Origin: Octopus vulgaris | Taxonomy: Eukaryota | Direction: 5' to 3' | NCBI GenBank assembly: GCA_951406725.2 | Contig: OX597814.1 | Location: 117,738,001-117,802,000 of the forward strand | Length of the DNA stretch: 64,000 nt | Shown here: positions 13,296 through 27,184 of the stretch, piece by piece | Layout of the letters: each line of letters opens with the position of its first letter | Numbering within the stretch: the stretch's first letter is position 1 | Position numbers and translations under genes: made by a program | Notes under the pieces: generated by a model | Database searches by the model: none | Told to the model about the DNA's origin: nothing | What the model saw: the letters and a program-made list of their open reading frames with translations, nothing else

Positions 13296-14689
13296 TTAAA
13301 CATACACAAATTTGTTTACATAAAATCTACATCCAACATATTGTTCAAATAAGTTTCAAGTATAATGTTCTGTAGCATGTGTTACGTATTTAAATATGTT
13401 GTCCAAGGAACGAAATATGTTATCAAAGTTTGCTTCGAAATATATCGATTCGTAGCCGAGATATAACACTTCAAACAAAGGCTCTCATTTACAATTTTAA
13501 AGCAAATCCCCGTTATTGAGAGCACTGGAATATATAACTCACGGCATAACTATCACTCTTCAGAGATTAAGTTTTTCAAAAGCAGAAAGGAGAAAATTGA
13601 TTCGAAGTCTACAGATCCAAGTCATCAATGTAACTGAAAAAGTATCTATAAAACTTACCAGAATTTTATCATTTAAGTATATACGTGCATGTTTTACATG
13701 CAGTCATATCCATCAGAATACATACATAAAACAAAACATGCAAATATGCATATACACTAACTCTTCACATATATACACATACATGCAAAAATGCTATCTT
13801 TGCCAATGAAAAAGCATTAGATAAAAGGTTTATATCCGACATTTTTGAATTGGCAAGACAGCTTAGAATAAACCTAAAGAACAACATATATACATATGTA
13901 TGTCTAATTCCTCATCTTAGGACTCATAGCCCCATATGTCCACACACATTATAATAATGCTCGCTGGCGATGCAAATTCTACTATCAAATTAACACTAAT
14001 ACAGCCATCCATGTGCCTAAACATATCATATTACTCACAATTCATTTTGCACATCGTCTGACCTTATATATTGCGTCATAATCAAATGTCGTGGGCCTCC
14101 TTCCCATTGGGTAAACAGGCCGTTGCCTTGCAGAATCACTTTAGGAACATATACAAAGCATAGTACTATGTATTCCTGGCCAACCTATCGCCAATCACAT
14201 CAACGTTATAGGTGATACTATCACGCACTTACCACTGTGCTGCATCGCTACACACCATGATTTCACTTTCTCAACGAAATGGACGGAACAACGTTCTACT
14301 TTCGAAGGTGTCAACGACATTTTTCCCTCTCGACGTTTTCTGTTACTCCTCATTCCATTCCTCCTTCCTTCCTAGTTCCTAGTTTGCTTATTCTGCCACG
14401 TTTTACTCATCTATTCTTACGCTACTTGCTTGTTGCAGTTGTTTTTTTAATCAGTAGATATAATACCTGCAGTCTCCCATTAACGCCTCTCCTTTCAGTT
14501 GTCCTCTTGAAGGAGGACAATGTCCCAAAAGTTGAATCTTCTGCTCACGGCAAGCACACCACAGTACTATTTTTATCAATTTTATTACATAATATGTTGC
14601 AGATGCAGTACACCAGGCTTATTGGCAATTGCGTAATTATATATAGAGAAACACATACATAATATTTTCATTTATTTTTCAAAATCTAA

Positions 14690-14900
14690 CCACATGGGAA
14701 TTGTTGACGATTTTCTTCCTCCTCCTTCCTCTTCTATTGGCCTATACTCTATTTCTGAAGAAGAGCTCTGCTCGAAACTTCAAACCATTGCCCTTCCCTG
14801 AAACTCTGCTAATACTTTACATGTACCCCGTTCTTGCGTTGTAGTATTTTTGTGTTTATACTTCGTGTTTTGGGTTTTTTTCGATATATATGGGTTTTTT
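14690..14900 (+). mobile_element. Penelope-type terminal-repeat fragment with minimal hammerhead motif, abutting (TA)n
   Basis: CTGAAGA-a-gagc-tct-gctc-GAAAC at 14756-14779; same family as 47960-48098. Confidence 0.6.
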
Positions 14901-14921
14901 TCTATATATATATATATATAT

Positions 14922-14952
<31 letters not shown>

Positions 14953-14956
<4 letters not shown>

Positions 14957-15349
14957 AACTTTAGAGGACTGACCACTAAAAGTGGACAGCCTATATGCTA
15001 AACATAGACGTCAGATTGCCATTACCACGAAGAATGTGTTCTCAAGTGAAATTTCAGCAAAAAAACAAAATGTAAATCTAAGAAAGACAAATGAAAATAT
15101 AGGAAATAAAAAAACGATTACCTATGTACTAATTGGTTTCACTTGCTAATATTTACGTATATGGACACGCAAACACCTGCAAGATCATCAGGATAGTCTG
15201 CCGTTTACAAAACACAATTCCCAGTACTAGGTGCAGAAAGTTTGCTGAGATTTTACTTGAGAACACATCCTTCGTGTTAATGGTGATGGGACGTCTATGT
15301 TTAGCATATAGGCTGTCCAGTTTTAGGGGTCAGTCCTCTAAATTTTGTA
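14953..15349. repeat. ~60 bp inverted repeat pair (MITE/foldback-like)
   Basis: tacaaactttagaggactgaccactaaaagtggacagcctatatgctaaacatagacgtc (14953-15012) pairs with gacgtctatgtttagcatataggctgtccagttttaggggtcagtcctctaaattttgta (15290-15349) with about 3 mismatches. Confidence 0.85.
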
Positions 15350-15436
15350 TGCAAAATAAATTTTAATCTTCGGATTTTTTTAAATATGCTAAGCCACTGG
15401 TTTTAATTGATTAATATCAATTTCTACCCATATTTA

Positions 15437-15480
<44 letters not shown>

Positions 15481-15577
15481 TGTATGAAAAATATATATGT
15501 ATATGTTCATATATATAAATATATATATATATAAATGTATATATATATATAATTATATATATATATATATATATATA

Positions 15578-15898
15578 ATTCGTAAATAAGGGCAAATCAC
15601 TGACGAAGGGAGGGTTGTTATAAGCTAACCCTGAAATCGGTCCGATATGGTAATAATGGAATTTTTAGAAATTTCTGTCCAACTTTTTTCGAGTAGCGTG
15701 CGTATTGTGAAAAAATTATATGGTTAATGGACAATATGTCCAATTTTTCGGCATATTTGGCATTAGAAATTTTTTCGTTTGCCCTTATTTATGAATTGTT
15801 TATAATTTTAACCTTTAAAGGTACTTTTAATATGCTGGCCATTGATAACATTTATTTTGGAAAAGAATTGTTTTCGAAAAAATGTTTATCCTAATTAG
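15578..15898 (+). mobile_element. (TA)n-flanked Penelope-type terminal-repeat fragment with hammerhead motif
   Basis: CTGACGA-aggg-agggtt...aaccct-GAAA-tcgg-TC at 15600-15642. The 5' end ttcgtaaataagggcaaa is an inverted copy of internal tttgcccttatttatgaa (~15778). Confidence 0.6.
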
Positions 15899-15941
<43 letters not shown>

Positions 15942-15949
15942 TATTTTTG

Positions 15950-16100
<151 letters not shown>

Positions 16101-17172
16101 TATATGATTGAAGCCACGCATCCATTTCGAAGTAAGTTTATCGGAAAACTTTTGATGTGACACTGTATAGTTTTGTCTCTTCTTCCACCCTGGTTAACGC
16201 AAAACGGAACATCTTGCTAGTTCTTGATATACGCAAAACTGCTTATAACATTTTCGCCGAATCCAAATTGCAAATTCTTCACACATTTTGCTAAAAAAAT
16301 TCCACAAGTAATCATAGATATCTCACACAATTCAAATTAAATGTTATTTATGATATGCAGCCTCTTGTACGATATGTCAGTTATGATTCGACTAGTCGCT
16401 ATTCAGTTATTCAATCCTCCTTCAGATATCATACAGCAAAATCTTACGCATAGCCCGCATGAGTTAACTGTAGTTATTGAATTGAAAATATGTGACGAAT
16501 TTCCATTCAATTCGTCGTCCCATTATACATCCAATTGCTGAATCACTATCTCACTCACTCCATTTCACTATCACATTTCCCTCCTTCCCCTTCTCTCTCA
16601 TGCTCTTGCTGTCTTTGTATTCAATCATCACCCAATGCCGAATTCAATGTGGGAAGGAAGTTGATGTTGCAATTTGTGTAAGAATACAAACGTTCTTGCA
16701 GTTTGTGTAGCACGCTGAATCACATTCCTTTCTCAATGACCATAAGTACCTTTCTTCAGAACCTAAGCCAACTGTAGACTTACTATACAATCCTACGTCA
16801 GTTGCCAGTGGACGCAGGTATTAGGGATATTCTGTAAAAAATCAATTGTGTTGCTATACATGCAATCTTTCTGAAATAAACATCTCGAGAAAGGCCACAA
16901 ACACAGTCCAGGATGCAGCTCATATGTGAGATTCTCTTTGAAGTTGGCTGATATTTTCCATACACCACTCAGCCTTTCCGAATTAACCTTTATTTCTTCC
17001 ACGTGTAACACTCATATTATCAAATTCATACAAAGATTTACTCCTTGAACTTTTCTAACCAGAATATCTGTTGTTGTCACCTTCTACCTGACTGACCTTT
17101 CCCGCAATTGGTCGATATTTGATCAGGATATTAACTGCTTCAATCTCACCGGTCGCAGAATGAAAGGACTAC

Positions 17173-17563
17173 TTGAGCTTACAGATTAGTAAATATAAAG
17201 ACCTGCTAATAGAAATTGAAAAAATGTGGCATCACAAGGCGACTACGGTGCCAGTGATTGTAGGATCTTTAGGAATGCTAAAAAAAAAAGTTACTGAGAC
17301 CTATTTGTACATGATACCAGGCTTACCATCCCTACAGGAAGTGCAAAAATCGTATTAATTGGAACGACTCATGTACTGAGAAAAGCATGATCGCTGTGAA
17401 AACAACATCCATTCATGAATTTATTTATTTATTAATTTTTTAAATACATACTTTACCTGTGAATTTGCGTGTGTAATCTGCGAATGCATACAATGAGCTT
17501 CTCTGCCCTAGGTGCATGGAAAACACTCGGCGAGAAACGGAAGAAAATTTGAACTAAAGAAGA
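17173..17563 (+). mobile_element. Dong/R4 LINE 3' fragment (family A-like) ending in (TAA)n
   Basis: SKYKDLLIEIEKMW...PVIVGSLG...PSLQEVQK matches the C-terminus of 22841-23575; followed by 3' UTR and a TAA array. Confidence 0.85.
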
Positions 17564-17606
17564 AATAATAATAATAAAAATAATAATAATAAAAATAATA
17601 ATAATA

Positions 17607-17694
<88 letters not shown>

Positions 17695-17699
17695 GTAAC

Positions 17700-17990
17700 T
17701 TAAAGTAACTTAAAAAATTATATGAGAATGATATCTGGCTTACCATCCCTGCAAGAAGTGCAAAAGATTGTCTTAACTCGTACATCACACGTATTGAGAA
17801 GAGCATTGTCGATGTGCGAGCTGTTGCTGCTCATGTATTTTAATTTAACTTTAAAAATAAATTTTAAAAAAATGAACGAACTATTGAGTTTGGTTTAATG
17901 GCCTACCAATGTATACTATGAGTTTCTTTGCCCTAGGAGTCGGGAAGACACTCGGCAAGAAATGGAAGCAAATTTGAAAGAAGAAAAAAG
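17700..17990 (+). mobile_element. Dong/R4 LINE family A 3' fragment between TAA arrays
   Basis: Near-identical to 23470-23742. Confidence 0.9.
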
Positions 17991-18093
<103 letters not shown>

Positions 18094-18118
18094 TGATGAT
18101 AATGATGATGATGATGAT

Positions 18119-18799
18119 GTGCGTGACATGGTGATCTCATATCAAGCTAAACAGCACATGACCTTGCAGGTGGGGCCCAGTTAGAATTTTCTTCTGATCG
18201 AGGAACCCATCCCGCTCAAAAGGTCCCTGAATAAAGGTTGTTTAAGGATGTTGAACGAAACACCCATGTTTCCAAATGTGAATTATTAAAACCCCAAAGA
18301 ATCTCTCTCAACACGTGGCTATGATGCTCCCCCACTACTTCTACTCGTGATCAGAGTTGCACATGCTGTAAGCCACAGAGAGACGTGCTCAACTGGTTAA
18401 GGTCAAACAACTGACAAACAAATCTGTGATATTGAGCAGAATATTTGCTGTAGCCCACCTTTTATACCTACAGCAAATATTCTGCTCAATACCACAGATT
18501 TGGTGTTTTAATAATTCACCCCTGGAAACATGGGTGTTTCGTTCAACAGCCTTAAACAACCCTTATTCAGGGACCTTTTGAGCGGGATGTGATTCTCGAC
18601 AGAAGAAAATTCTAACTGGGCCCCACCTGCAAGGTCAAGTGCTGTTTATCTAGATATGAGATCACCATGTCACGCACATATGGTTTCGATGCATGTGCCT
18701 AGTGTTCGCTTATCAGACGTGTAGTCAGAGATAGGTACACTGGGCTTTGTATAGCTTACCCCAGTGTCAATTTGATGGCATGCACTGCACTCTCAGTCA
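18119..18799. mobile_element. TAA-targeted ~555 bp element in foldback arrangement (minus arm 18119-18468, plus arm 18469-18799)
   Basis: Both arms align to 32208-32763 in opposite orientations; flanked by TAA/GAT arrays. Confidence 0.8.
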
Positions 18800-18827
18800 A
18801 TAATAATAATAATGTTAATAATAATAA

Positions 18828-18865
<38 letters not shown>

Positions 18866-18869
18866 ATAT

Positions 18870-18900
<31 letters not shown>

Positions 18901-18930
18901 AATAATAATAATGATAATAATAATAATGAT

Positions 18931-18961
<31 letters not shown>

Positions 18962-18962
18962 G

Positions 18963-19031
<69 letters not shown>

Positions 19032-19032
19032 T

Positions 19033-19059
<27 letters not shown>

Positions 19060-19063
<4 letters not shown>

Positions 19064-19103
19064 CGGCAAGAAATGGAAGCATATTTGAAAGAAGAAAAAA
19101 AAA

Positions 19104-19104
<1 letters not shown>
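19060..19104 (+). mobile_element. minimal (~45 bp) Dong family A 3' end inside a TAA array
   Basis: actcggcaagaaatggaagcatatttgaaagaagaaaaaaaag matches the last bases of the element ending at 23742. Confidence 0.85.
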
Positions 19105-19149
<45 letters not shown>

Positions 19150-19777
19150 TGATAATAATAATAATAACTGGACATACAAACATCTCTAGAAAAGTCAACT
19201 TCAACCTCCACAATATTACCTTACAGGAAATATACAAACACTTTTTATTGCAATAACACAAACGCACATGGAAAAAAACAAAAAAAAATGATGATGCTAA
19301 GATTCTCTCTGGTCGAACACAACTTCTCTATTCACAAACAATACAGAACAGCCCTTCCTTTATTTTTCTTAAGCCTAATAGTAGTAGAAATCTGAACTTT
19401 TTTTGACCGATAGGACCCCACCTAAAAAAAAAAAAAATATCACTGATGGGGATGGTGATGATGATAATAATGATAGTAATAGTGCTGATAATCTATCTAT
19501 CTACACACACACACACTCAAAGAGTTCAACCAACACAAAGAAAGTATTATTTGACAGGCAAGAACTCTGGTGTTGAAGACAGTCAGCCAGCCAACCACCA
19601 AGCCAGCCAACGAGACAGACAGACACTACTGTGATGGTGATAATGATAAAAAAAAACAAAAATAACAATAATAAGATACTGCTGTGACTACACATAAAAC
19701 AATATCATTGATGATGATGGTAATGGTGGTGATAATGATGATAGTGATGGTAATGGTGATGATAATAACAATAATAA

Positions 19778-22700
19778 GCCGACTACGGCTGCTATAATGG
19801 TACGATTATAATTGTAACGGCAATGATGGCCGTCTCCCCACGAGCCAATCAAAGCTGAAAAATGATAACATTATCGTAGCACCAAAATGTTTTTGGAAAC
19901 TAAAAGGAAAACTAAATCAGTATACCAAATCGCTTGTCCTATAGTTAATCTGGAAGCGCGTGCCCCAGGGAAGAGCCAGCCTGGGATCGAAAAGTCATCA
20001 ACTGGCACAAACTCTTCTCCGAATACGGACATGGAGGGTCACTTGAACGGGAAATCCCCCAACTCGAGCCCTCCAAGTTCACCACCACAATCACAACAGA
20101 AAGAAAAATGTAAGCGGAACAAATGGACCCGAGAAGAGTATAAAGAAGTAATATACGCTTATTACTATGCATTAGGTAGGCCATCTCAAGAGAGTCACAC
20201 CGCAAACTCTTACAGTATATGGAGAACACGGAATCAAGACAGTAGGCCCTATTTGGACGAGAACAAATTAGCAAATGTGAGGAGGGATATCCTTAGAAAT
20301 AACAGACTCACAGACAGTGAAATAAGCGCGATCAAGCACGCAAGGGAAAATGACATAAATATAAGACACAAAGGAAATGAAGAATCAGATGAACAGTATA
20401 GCCCGCCACGAGGCTTAATTGAAAGACTGCCATCTGACCAAAGTACGCAAAGGCCTGAAGATACAAGAAATTCTATTGTACCTGTTAAAGATAGCCAGGA
20501 AAACGAAAAAACAACAGTAACTGAAGGTCTCGCATTTGCTGAAGAACACAGAGAGTCTATGGCAGAAATGAGGCAGAAAATCCTGAATACGCTTGAAGTT
20601 GTAAGACATACAAGTATGAATGATAGAGAACCACTTCATAAACTCTCAAATACAAACCAAAATAAAAAACAAATCCAAATTGGCAACTATGTAACAAATG
20701 AAATAATACGAGAATTAAACCTGATTTTACTGAGTTAAATGAAATTATTTACGCTTCTGCTAGAGAAATTGAAACCAGCTGTATACCCCCGAAAAAACAA
20801 AGAAAACAACACCTGGGAAGAAATCAAACCTGGAGAAGTAAAATTGAAAAAGAGATTGAATTTATGAGAGGGGAAATATCAATATTAAATGAACTAATAT
20901 GTGGAAATGATGTAAGATCCAGAACAGGAAGAAAGATGAAGAGAAAATTTGGATCCTCACCAAGAGAAGAACTGATATCAATAATAGAAACGCTGAAACA
21001 AAAAGTCCAAGCAAAAGCCCAAAGAATACGAAGATTTGAGAAGAGAAACAAGTTTTACAAGCAAAATAAGCTGTTCACATCCAATGCCAAAAAATTCTAC
21101 AGAGAAATAGGGAAGGAGAAAGTAACCGTTAAAGACCCCCTCCCATAGAAGAAGTTCAAAACTTTTGGAAAAGGATTTGGAGTGACAAGAAGACGTACAA
21201 CATAAATGCAGACTGGATTATACAAACTGAAGGATCCTACCAAAATTTACAACAACAAGCATGGGAAGACATCACAATAGCAGACCTAAGAAAGGCACTC
21301 ACGAAGGCCCATAATTGGAAATCCCCCGGTAAAGATAGGGTGCCGAATTTCTGGCTCGCATCGCTCCCATGCGCACACGGTAAGCTAGTTCAGCTGCTCA
21401 ATGGAATTATGAGAGACCCAAAGAAAACACCTGAATGGTTAGCAAGTGGCATTACTTACCTACTCCCAAAGAATAACGAAACCAACCTTCCAAAAAACTA
21501 TCGGCCTATAACCTGTCTATCCACCACGTATAAAATCCTAACATCTATCCTGGCGGAGAAAACATATGCATTCATGGAGAAGAACGATATTTTCCCCATT
21601 GAACAAAAAGGGTGCCGCCGAGGCTCTTACGGATGCAAAGATCAACTGCTAATCAATCGTATGATCCTTGAGAACTGTCACAACAAGCGCAGAAATCTCA
21701 GCACCGCATGGATTGACTACAAAAAGGCCTTCGACAGTATACCGCATACATGGATCTTGAGATCGCTGGACATCTTCAAAATTTCCCCTGTGATCTCAAA
21801 CTTCCTGAAGCACAATATGTCGTTGTGGAATACGAATCTCCAATTATACCACTCTAATGGAGTACTTGCCTCAGAAAATATAAACATCAACTGAGGAATT
21901 TTTCAAGGTGACTCACTTTCACCTTTAATATTCTGCATAGCCCTAATACCCCTTACAAGTGAATTAAACAGAACAGGGTATGGGTATAAAATTGCCAATA
22001 AAAAAATAAGCCATCTATTTTATATGGATGACTTAAAACTTTATGGTAAAGACAATAATGAACTTGAAGGCCTATTGCGCACCGTGAAAGCATTCAGCGA
22101 TGACATCGGGATGGAGTTTGGACTTGAGAAGTGTGCCAAGGCCACTTTCCAGAAAGGGAAAGTGAAGACCACAAATTCAGTCGTGTTAGATATTGACACA
22201 GTCATAAGAGAGCTTGAGCAAGAACAAACATACAAATAGTTAGGGATAAATGAAGGCTCTGGTATTCAGCATGCAAGCATGAAAGAGAAAATCAGGAAGG
22301 AATGTTATAGGAGAGTTCGTGCAATCCTGAAATCTGAACTAAATGCAAGTAACAAGGTGTTAGCTATAAATTCCTTAGCAGTTCCAGTTGTTACTTATAG
22401 CTACAATGTGTTGAACTGGAATATGAGTGAAGTAAAGAATATAGATAGAAAAATACGCAAGCTGCTGAGTTGTAATAGGATGCACCACCCAAAGGCAGAC
22501 GTAGATCGCATTTACCTTCCCAGAGCCCAAGGAGGTCGAGGCCTGATCCAATTTGAACTAGCTTACAAAACAACCACAATTGGACTGGCCAAATATCTCG
22601 AAATATCGAATGACTGGATGCTAAAGCTCGTGGAAAATCACGAGAGACGAAAAAAGCTTCATTCTATCATAAAGGAAAGAAAAAAAATTGCTATTGATCT

Positions 22701-23741
22701 CGTGCAGTATACAGCAAACTGAACAACCCGAGGGAAGTACGGCAACTATTGTTGCAAAGAAGGTGAAAATAATGACAACGAAAAAAGCGCACGAGCAATT
22801 GGCTGATAGGTGAGAGGAGAAACCTCTGCACGGCAAATATGTGGCCCGCAGCAAACAAGCTGATGTTGACCAGAAGCAAACCCATCAGTGGCTACGGAGC
22901 TCAGGGCTAAAAGCAGAGAGCGAAGGTTTCATCCTGGCTGCTCAAGATCAAAGCCTATTAACCCGGAACTACCAGGCCAATGTGATGAAAAATGGAGCAG
23001 ACCCAAAATGCCGATTCCGCAACGACATGATTGAAACAGTGGACCACCTAATCTCTGGATGTAAAGTCTTAGCACCAGTGGAGTATAAATTAAGACATGA
23101 CAGAGTTGGCCAATATCTCCACTGGCTAATAAGTCGGCATTACAATATCAAAACTGCCGACAAGTGGTATAATCACCACCCTAAGGCTGTAATGGAAGGA
23201 GAAAATGTAACCATTCTGTGGGACTTTCCAGTACATACAGACCGAACCATCAAGGCCAATAAACCAGATATTGTTGTGAAAGACCAAAACAATAAAGTTT
23301 GCTTATTGATCGACATGAGCATCCCCTGTGATCATAATATCTCAGCGAAAGAGTTTGACAAGCTCAGAAAATATAAAGACCTACTCATTGAAATTGAGAA
23401 AATGTGGCTTCTCAAGGCGGTTACAATACCAGTGATCGTAGGAGCACTAGGAATGATCAAGAAGGGAACCGAAAATTATATGAGAATGATCTCTGGCTTA
23501 CCATCCCTGCAAGAAGTGCAAAAGATTGTCTTAACTGGTACATCACACGTGTTGAGAAGAGCATTGTCGATGTGAGAACTGTTGCTGCTCATGTATTTTA
23601 ATTTAACTTAAAAAAAAAAAATGAACGAACTACTGAGTTTGGTTTAATGGCCTACAAATGAATACTATGAGTTTCTTTGCCCTAGGAGTCGGGAAGACAC
23701 TCGGCAAGAAATGGAAGCAAATTTGAAAGAAGAAAAAAAAA

Positions 23742-23742
<1 letters not shown>
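19778..23742 (+). mobile_element. near full-length Dong/R4-clade non-LTR retrotransposon (family A), ORF disrupted
   Basis: Collinear ORF pieces 19887-23575: N-terminal RNKWTREE; RT motifs [42 protein letters not shown]; Zn-knuckle region CRF..ETVDHLISGC; RHD; restriction-like endonuclease PD..D..K.KY. Several stops and frameshifts. The 3' end joins (TAA)n. Confidence 0.95.
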
Positions 23743-23796
<54 letters not shown>

Positions 23797-23797
<1 letters not shown>

Positions 23798-25938
23798 TCC
23801 CTAATGAACAGGAAGGTTGTAAACGTGGATCCTATGGTTGTAAAGATCAACTACTCATCAATAAGATGATCTTAGAAGATTGTCACAAACGACACAAAAA
23901 CTTGTCAATAACCTGGATAGACTATAAAAAGGCTTTTGATAGCCTACCACATAGCTGGATTAAGAAATGCCTGAAAATGTATAAAATAGCACCTACTCTG
24001 CGAAACTTTTTGTCAGTAAGCATGAGATCATAGAGAACCACACTAATTTTAACAGCGACAATGAATCTCTAAATGCTGGTAATGAAGAATTTCATGTGGC
24101 ATTTTCCAGGGTGACGCACTATCACAACTCCTCTTTTGTTCAGCCTTAATACCTCTCTTAAAACTGCTCAATGACGCGCAGTACGGATATCAAATGTTTG
24201 ATAAAAATATAAATCATCACATTTACATGGGTGATTTAAAGCTCTTTGCAAAAAATGACCAACAACTCAAGGGCTTACTAGCGATTCTTAAACAATTCAG
24301 TGATGACATCAGAATGCAATTTGGCCTCGATAAATGTGCAAAAGCTACATTTATCAAAGGAAAAATGACAGAAACATCTAACGTTAACCTTGACCAGCAG
24401 ATTGTCATAGAGGAACTAGACCCAGCAGAGAGCTACCAGTACCTAGGGGTAATTGAAGGGGACGGAATAAGGCATTCAGTGATGGAGGAAAGGATCAGGA
24501 GAGAATGTTGTCGCAGAATGCGAGAAAGAGGCCCGAAGCGATCAATGCTTTAGCCATACCAGTCGTGACTTACAGTTTCAATATCGTTAACTGGTCAATT
24601 ACTGAAATAAGTAATCTTGACAGAAAAATACGAAGCCTGTTGACAATGCATAGAATGCACCACTCTAAGGCAGATATAGAACGACATTATCTGCCAAGGA
24701 AAGAGGGAGACCGTGGACTTTTACAATAGGCAATAACAATGAAGATTGCTACAATTGGCCTAGACACCTAACTGAAAAACTCTGAGGACTGGATGTTAAA
24801 ACTTGTCTCAAAACATGAAAACAAGAAAGCATCATACTCAGTAACAAAACAGGCAAAGGAATATCTAAGTGAATTCCGATTACAACAAATTTCGGAATTA
24901 GACATACAAGAAACAAGCATAGAAAAAGCTAGGCGCATGAACACCCGTGCTAAAACTGCTGCCTTAGATATTCTGAATGATAAATGGCAAGAAAAACCTC
25001 ACTATGGCAAATACCCAAAGAGAGCGAATACTGCAGATGTTGACAAAGCCCTGACCCATCAATGGCTAATGGCCTCTGGCTTAGAATCTGAAACAGAAAG
25101 GTTTATCATAGCAGCTCAAGATCAATGCCTACCAACAAGGAACTACCAGGCCAACATATTAAAGATCGGCAGTAACCCAACATGTCGTGTACGTCAACAA
25201 CAAAATGAATCCATTGATCATGTTGTCTCCAAGTGCTGTCTTCTAGCGCCTACAGAGTATCTCAACAGGCATGATAGTGCTGCACAATATATTCACTGGG
25301 TAATCTGCAAAAACCTGGATTTGCCCCATGAAAAAACTGGTGGAAACACAAACAACCTCCAGTGCTTCAAAATGATCACATCTCACTCCTCTGGAAGTTC
25401 ACCATTCAAACTGACAGAAAGATAGCTGCAAGTAGGCTAGACATCATATAGAAAGAGTTCAAACAAAGAACATGCATCCTCATGGATATGACTGTCCCAA
25501 TCGGTATAAACGTATCTGTCAAGACCTACCAAAACTGAGCAAATATAAAGATCTTGAAATAGAAATCAGCAAAATGTAGAACCTGAAGACTAAAACATTA
25601 TCTGTTGTCATAGGTGCCCTGGGAATGATAACAAAATGGGCTGATCGCTACCTAACTCATATACCAGGAAACCTCCAAATGGCAGAAATTCAAAAGATAG
25701 TGCTCATAGGAACTGCTCATATCCTACGCAAAATACTTTCTATATAATCTCAAGTTTTAAAACAAACATAATTTTCGTTTATTTTGTTAGACATTCACTA
25801 GTACAACACTAAATACAAAATCAAATATATGGCACACTAGACATAAAAACAACACGAACTTCAAACCTGTTGTCTCTTGAGGTCTCTGGGTGAGACTTGG
25901 AGCCAACTTGTGCAAATATAAAGCAAAAGTCAAACATA

Positions 25939-25940
<2 letters not shown>
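23797..25940 (+). mobile_element. Dong/R4 LINE family C, 5'-truncated in RT, flanked by (TAA)n
   Basis: [41 protein letters not shown] motifs; distinct 3' UTR ending ...gcaaaagtcaaacataga(TAA)n. Confidence 0.92.
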
Positions 25941-26033
<93 letters not shown>

Positions 26034-26077
26034 GTAGTAGTAATAATAATAATAATAATTATAATAATAATAATAAT

Positions 26078-26145
<68 letters not shown>

Positions 26146-26147
<2 letters not shown>

Positions 26148-26489
26148 CCAACTGACAAGCAGATCTGTGGTATTGAGCAGAATATTTGCTGTAGCCCATC
26201 ATTTATACCAAGACAAAACAATGTACATGATAAGACTTCCAATCAGTTACCATTATTATTATTATTCAGTAGTTTTTTTTTATTTTTATAGCGTGCTTTC
26301 ACTTCAACACAGAGCTGCGCTCGGTAGTGAAGTGAAAGCACGCTATAAAAATAAAAATAAAACTACTGAATAATAATAATAATGGTAACTGATTGGAAGC
26401 CTTATCATGTACATTGTTTTATCTTGGTATAAATGATGGGCTACAGCAAATATTCTGCTCAATACCACAGATCTGCTTGTCAGTTGGTT
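26146..26489. repeat. 344 bp near-perfect palindrome
   Basis: 26146-26306 is the reverse complement of 26328-26489, with a 21 nt spacer acacagagctgcgctcggtag. Confidence 0.92.
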
Positions 26490-26880
26490 GACTTTAACCC
26501 GTTGCTGATGAAATGTGCATCTCTGATCACGAGCAGAAGTAGCGGGGGAGCATCATAGCCGTGCGTTGAAAGGAATTCTTGTAGATTTGGATAATTCACC
26601 TTTGGAAACATTGGTGCTTCCTTTAACATCCTTAAACAACCTTTATTCAAGGATCTTTTAAGCGGTATGGTCTATTCGACCAGACGAAACTTGTAACTGG
26701 GCCCCACCTGCAAGGTCATGCGCTCTTTATCCTGATATATTATCACCTTGTCGTGCACATATGGTTTTGAGGCATGTGCATAGTGTACCCTTATCAGACG
26801 GGTAGTCATGATGGATATACTGGGCTTCGTATATGTTTCCCCAGAGTCACTTTGATGGCATGCACTGCTTTCTTACTCAA
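26384..26880 (+). mobile_element. TAA-targeted ~555 bp element, slightly 5'-truncated
   Basis: Aligns to 32208-32763 and ends ...tttgatggcatgcactgctttcttactc-aataataat. Further partial copies at ~26940-27100 and 28593-28680. Confidence 0.85.
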
Positions 26881-27099
26881 TAATAATAATAATGAAGAAA
26901 ATTATGAAAATTATTTTAAAAATTATGAAGAAAATTATAACTAGTCCCCACCTGAAAAATCAAGTGCTGCTTATCTTCATATGATTGTGATGCATTTGCC
27001 TGGTATACCCTTATCAGACGGGCAGTCATGATGTGTATACTGGGCTTAGGTATAATTTACCCCAGTGTCTGTTCGATGGCATACACTACCCTCTTTCTC

Positions 27100-27184
<85 letters not shown>

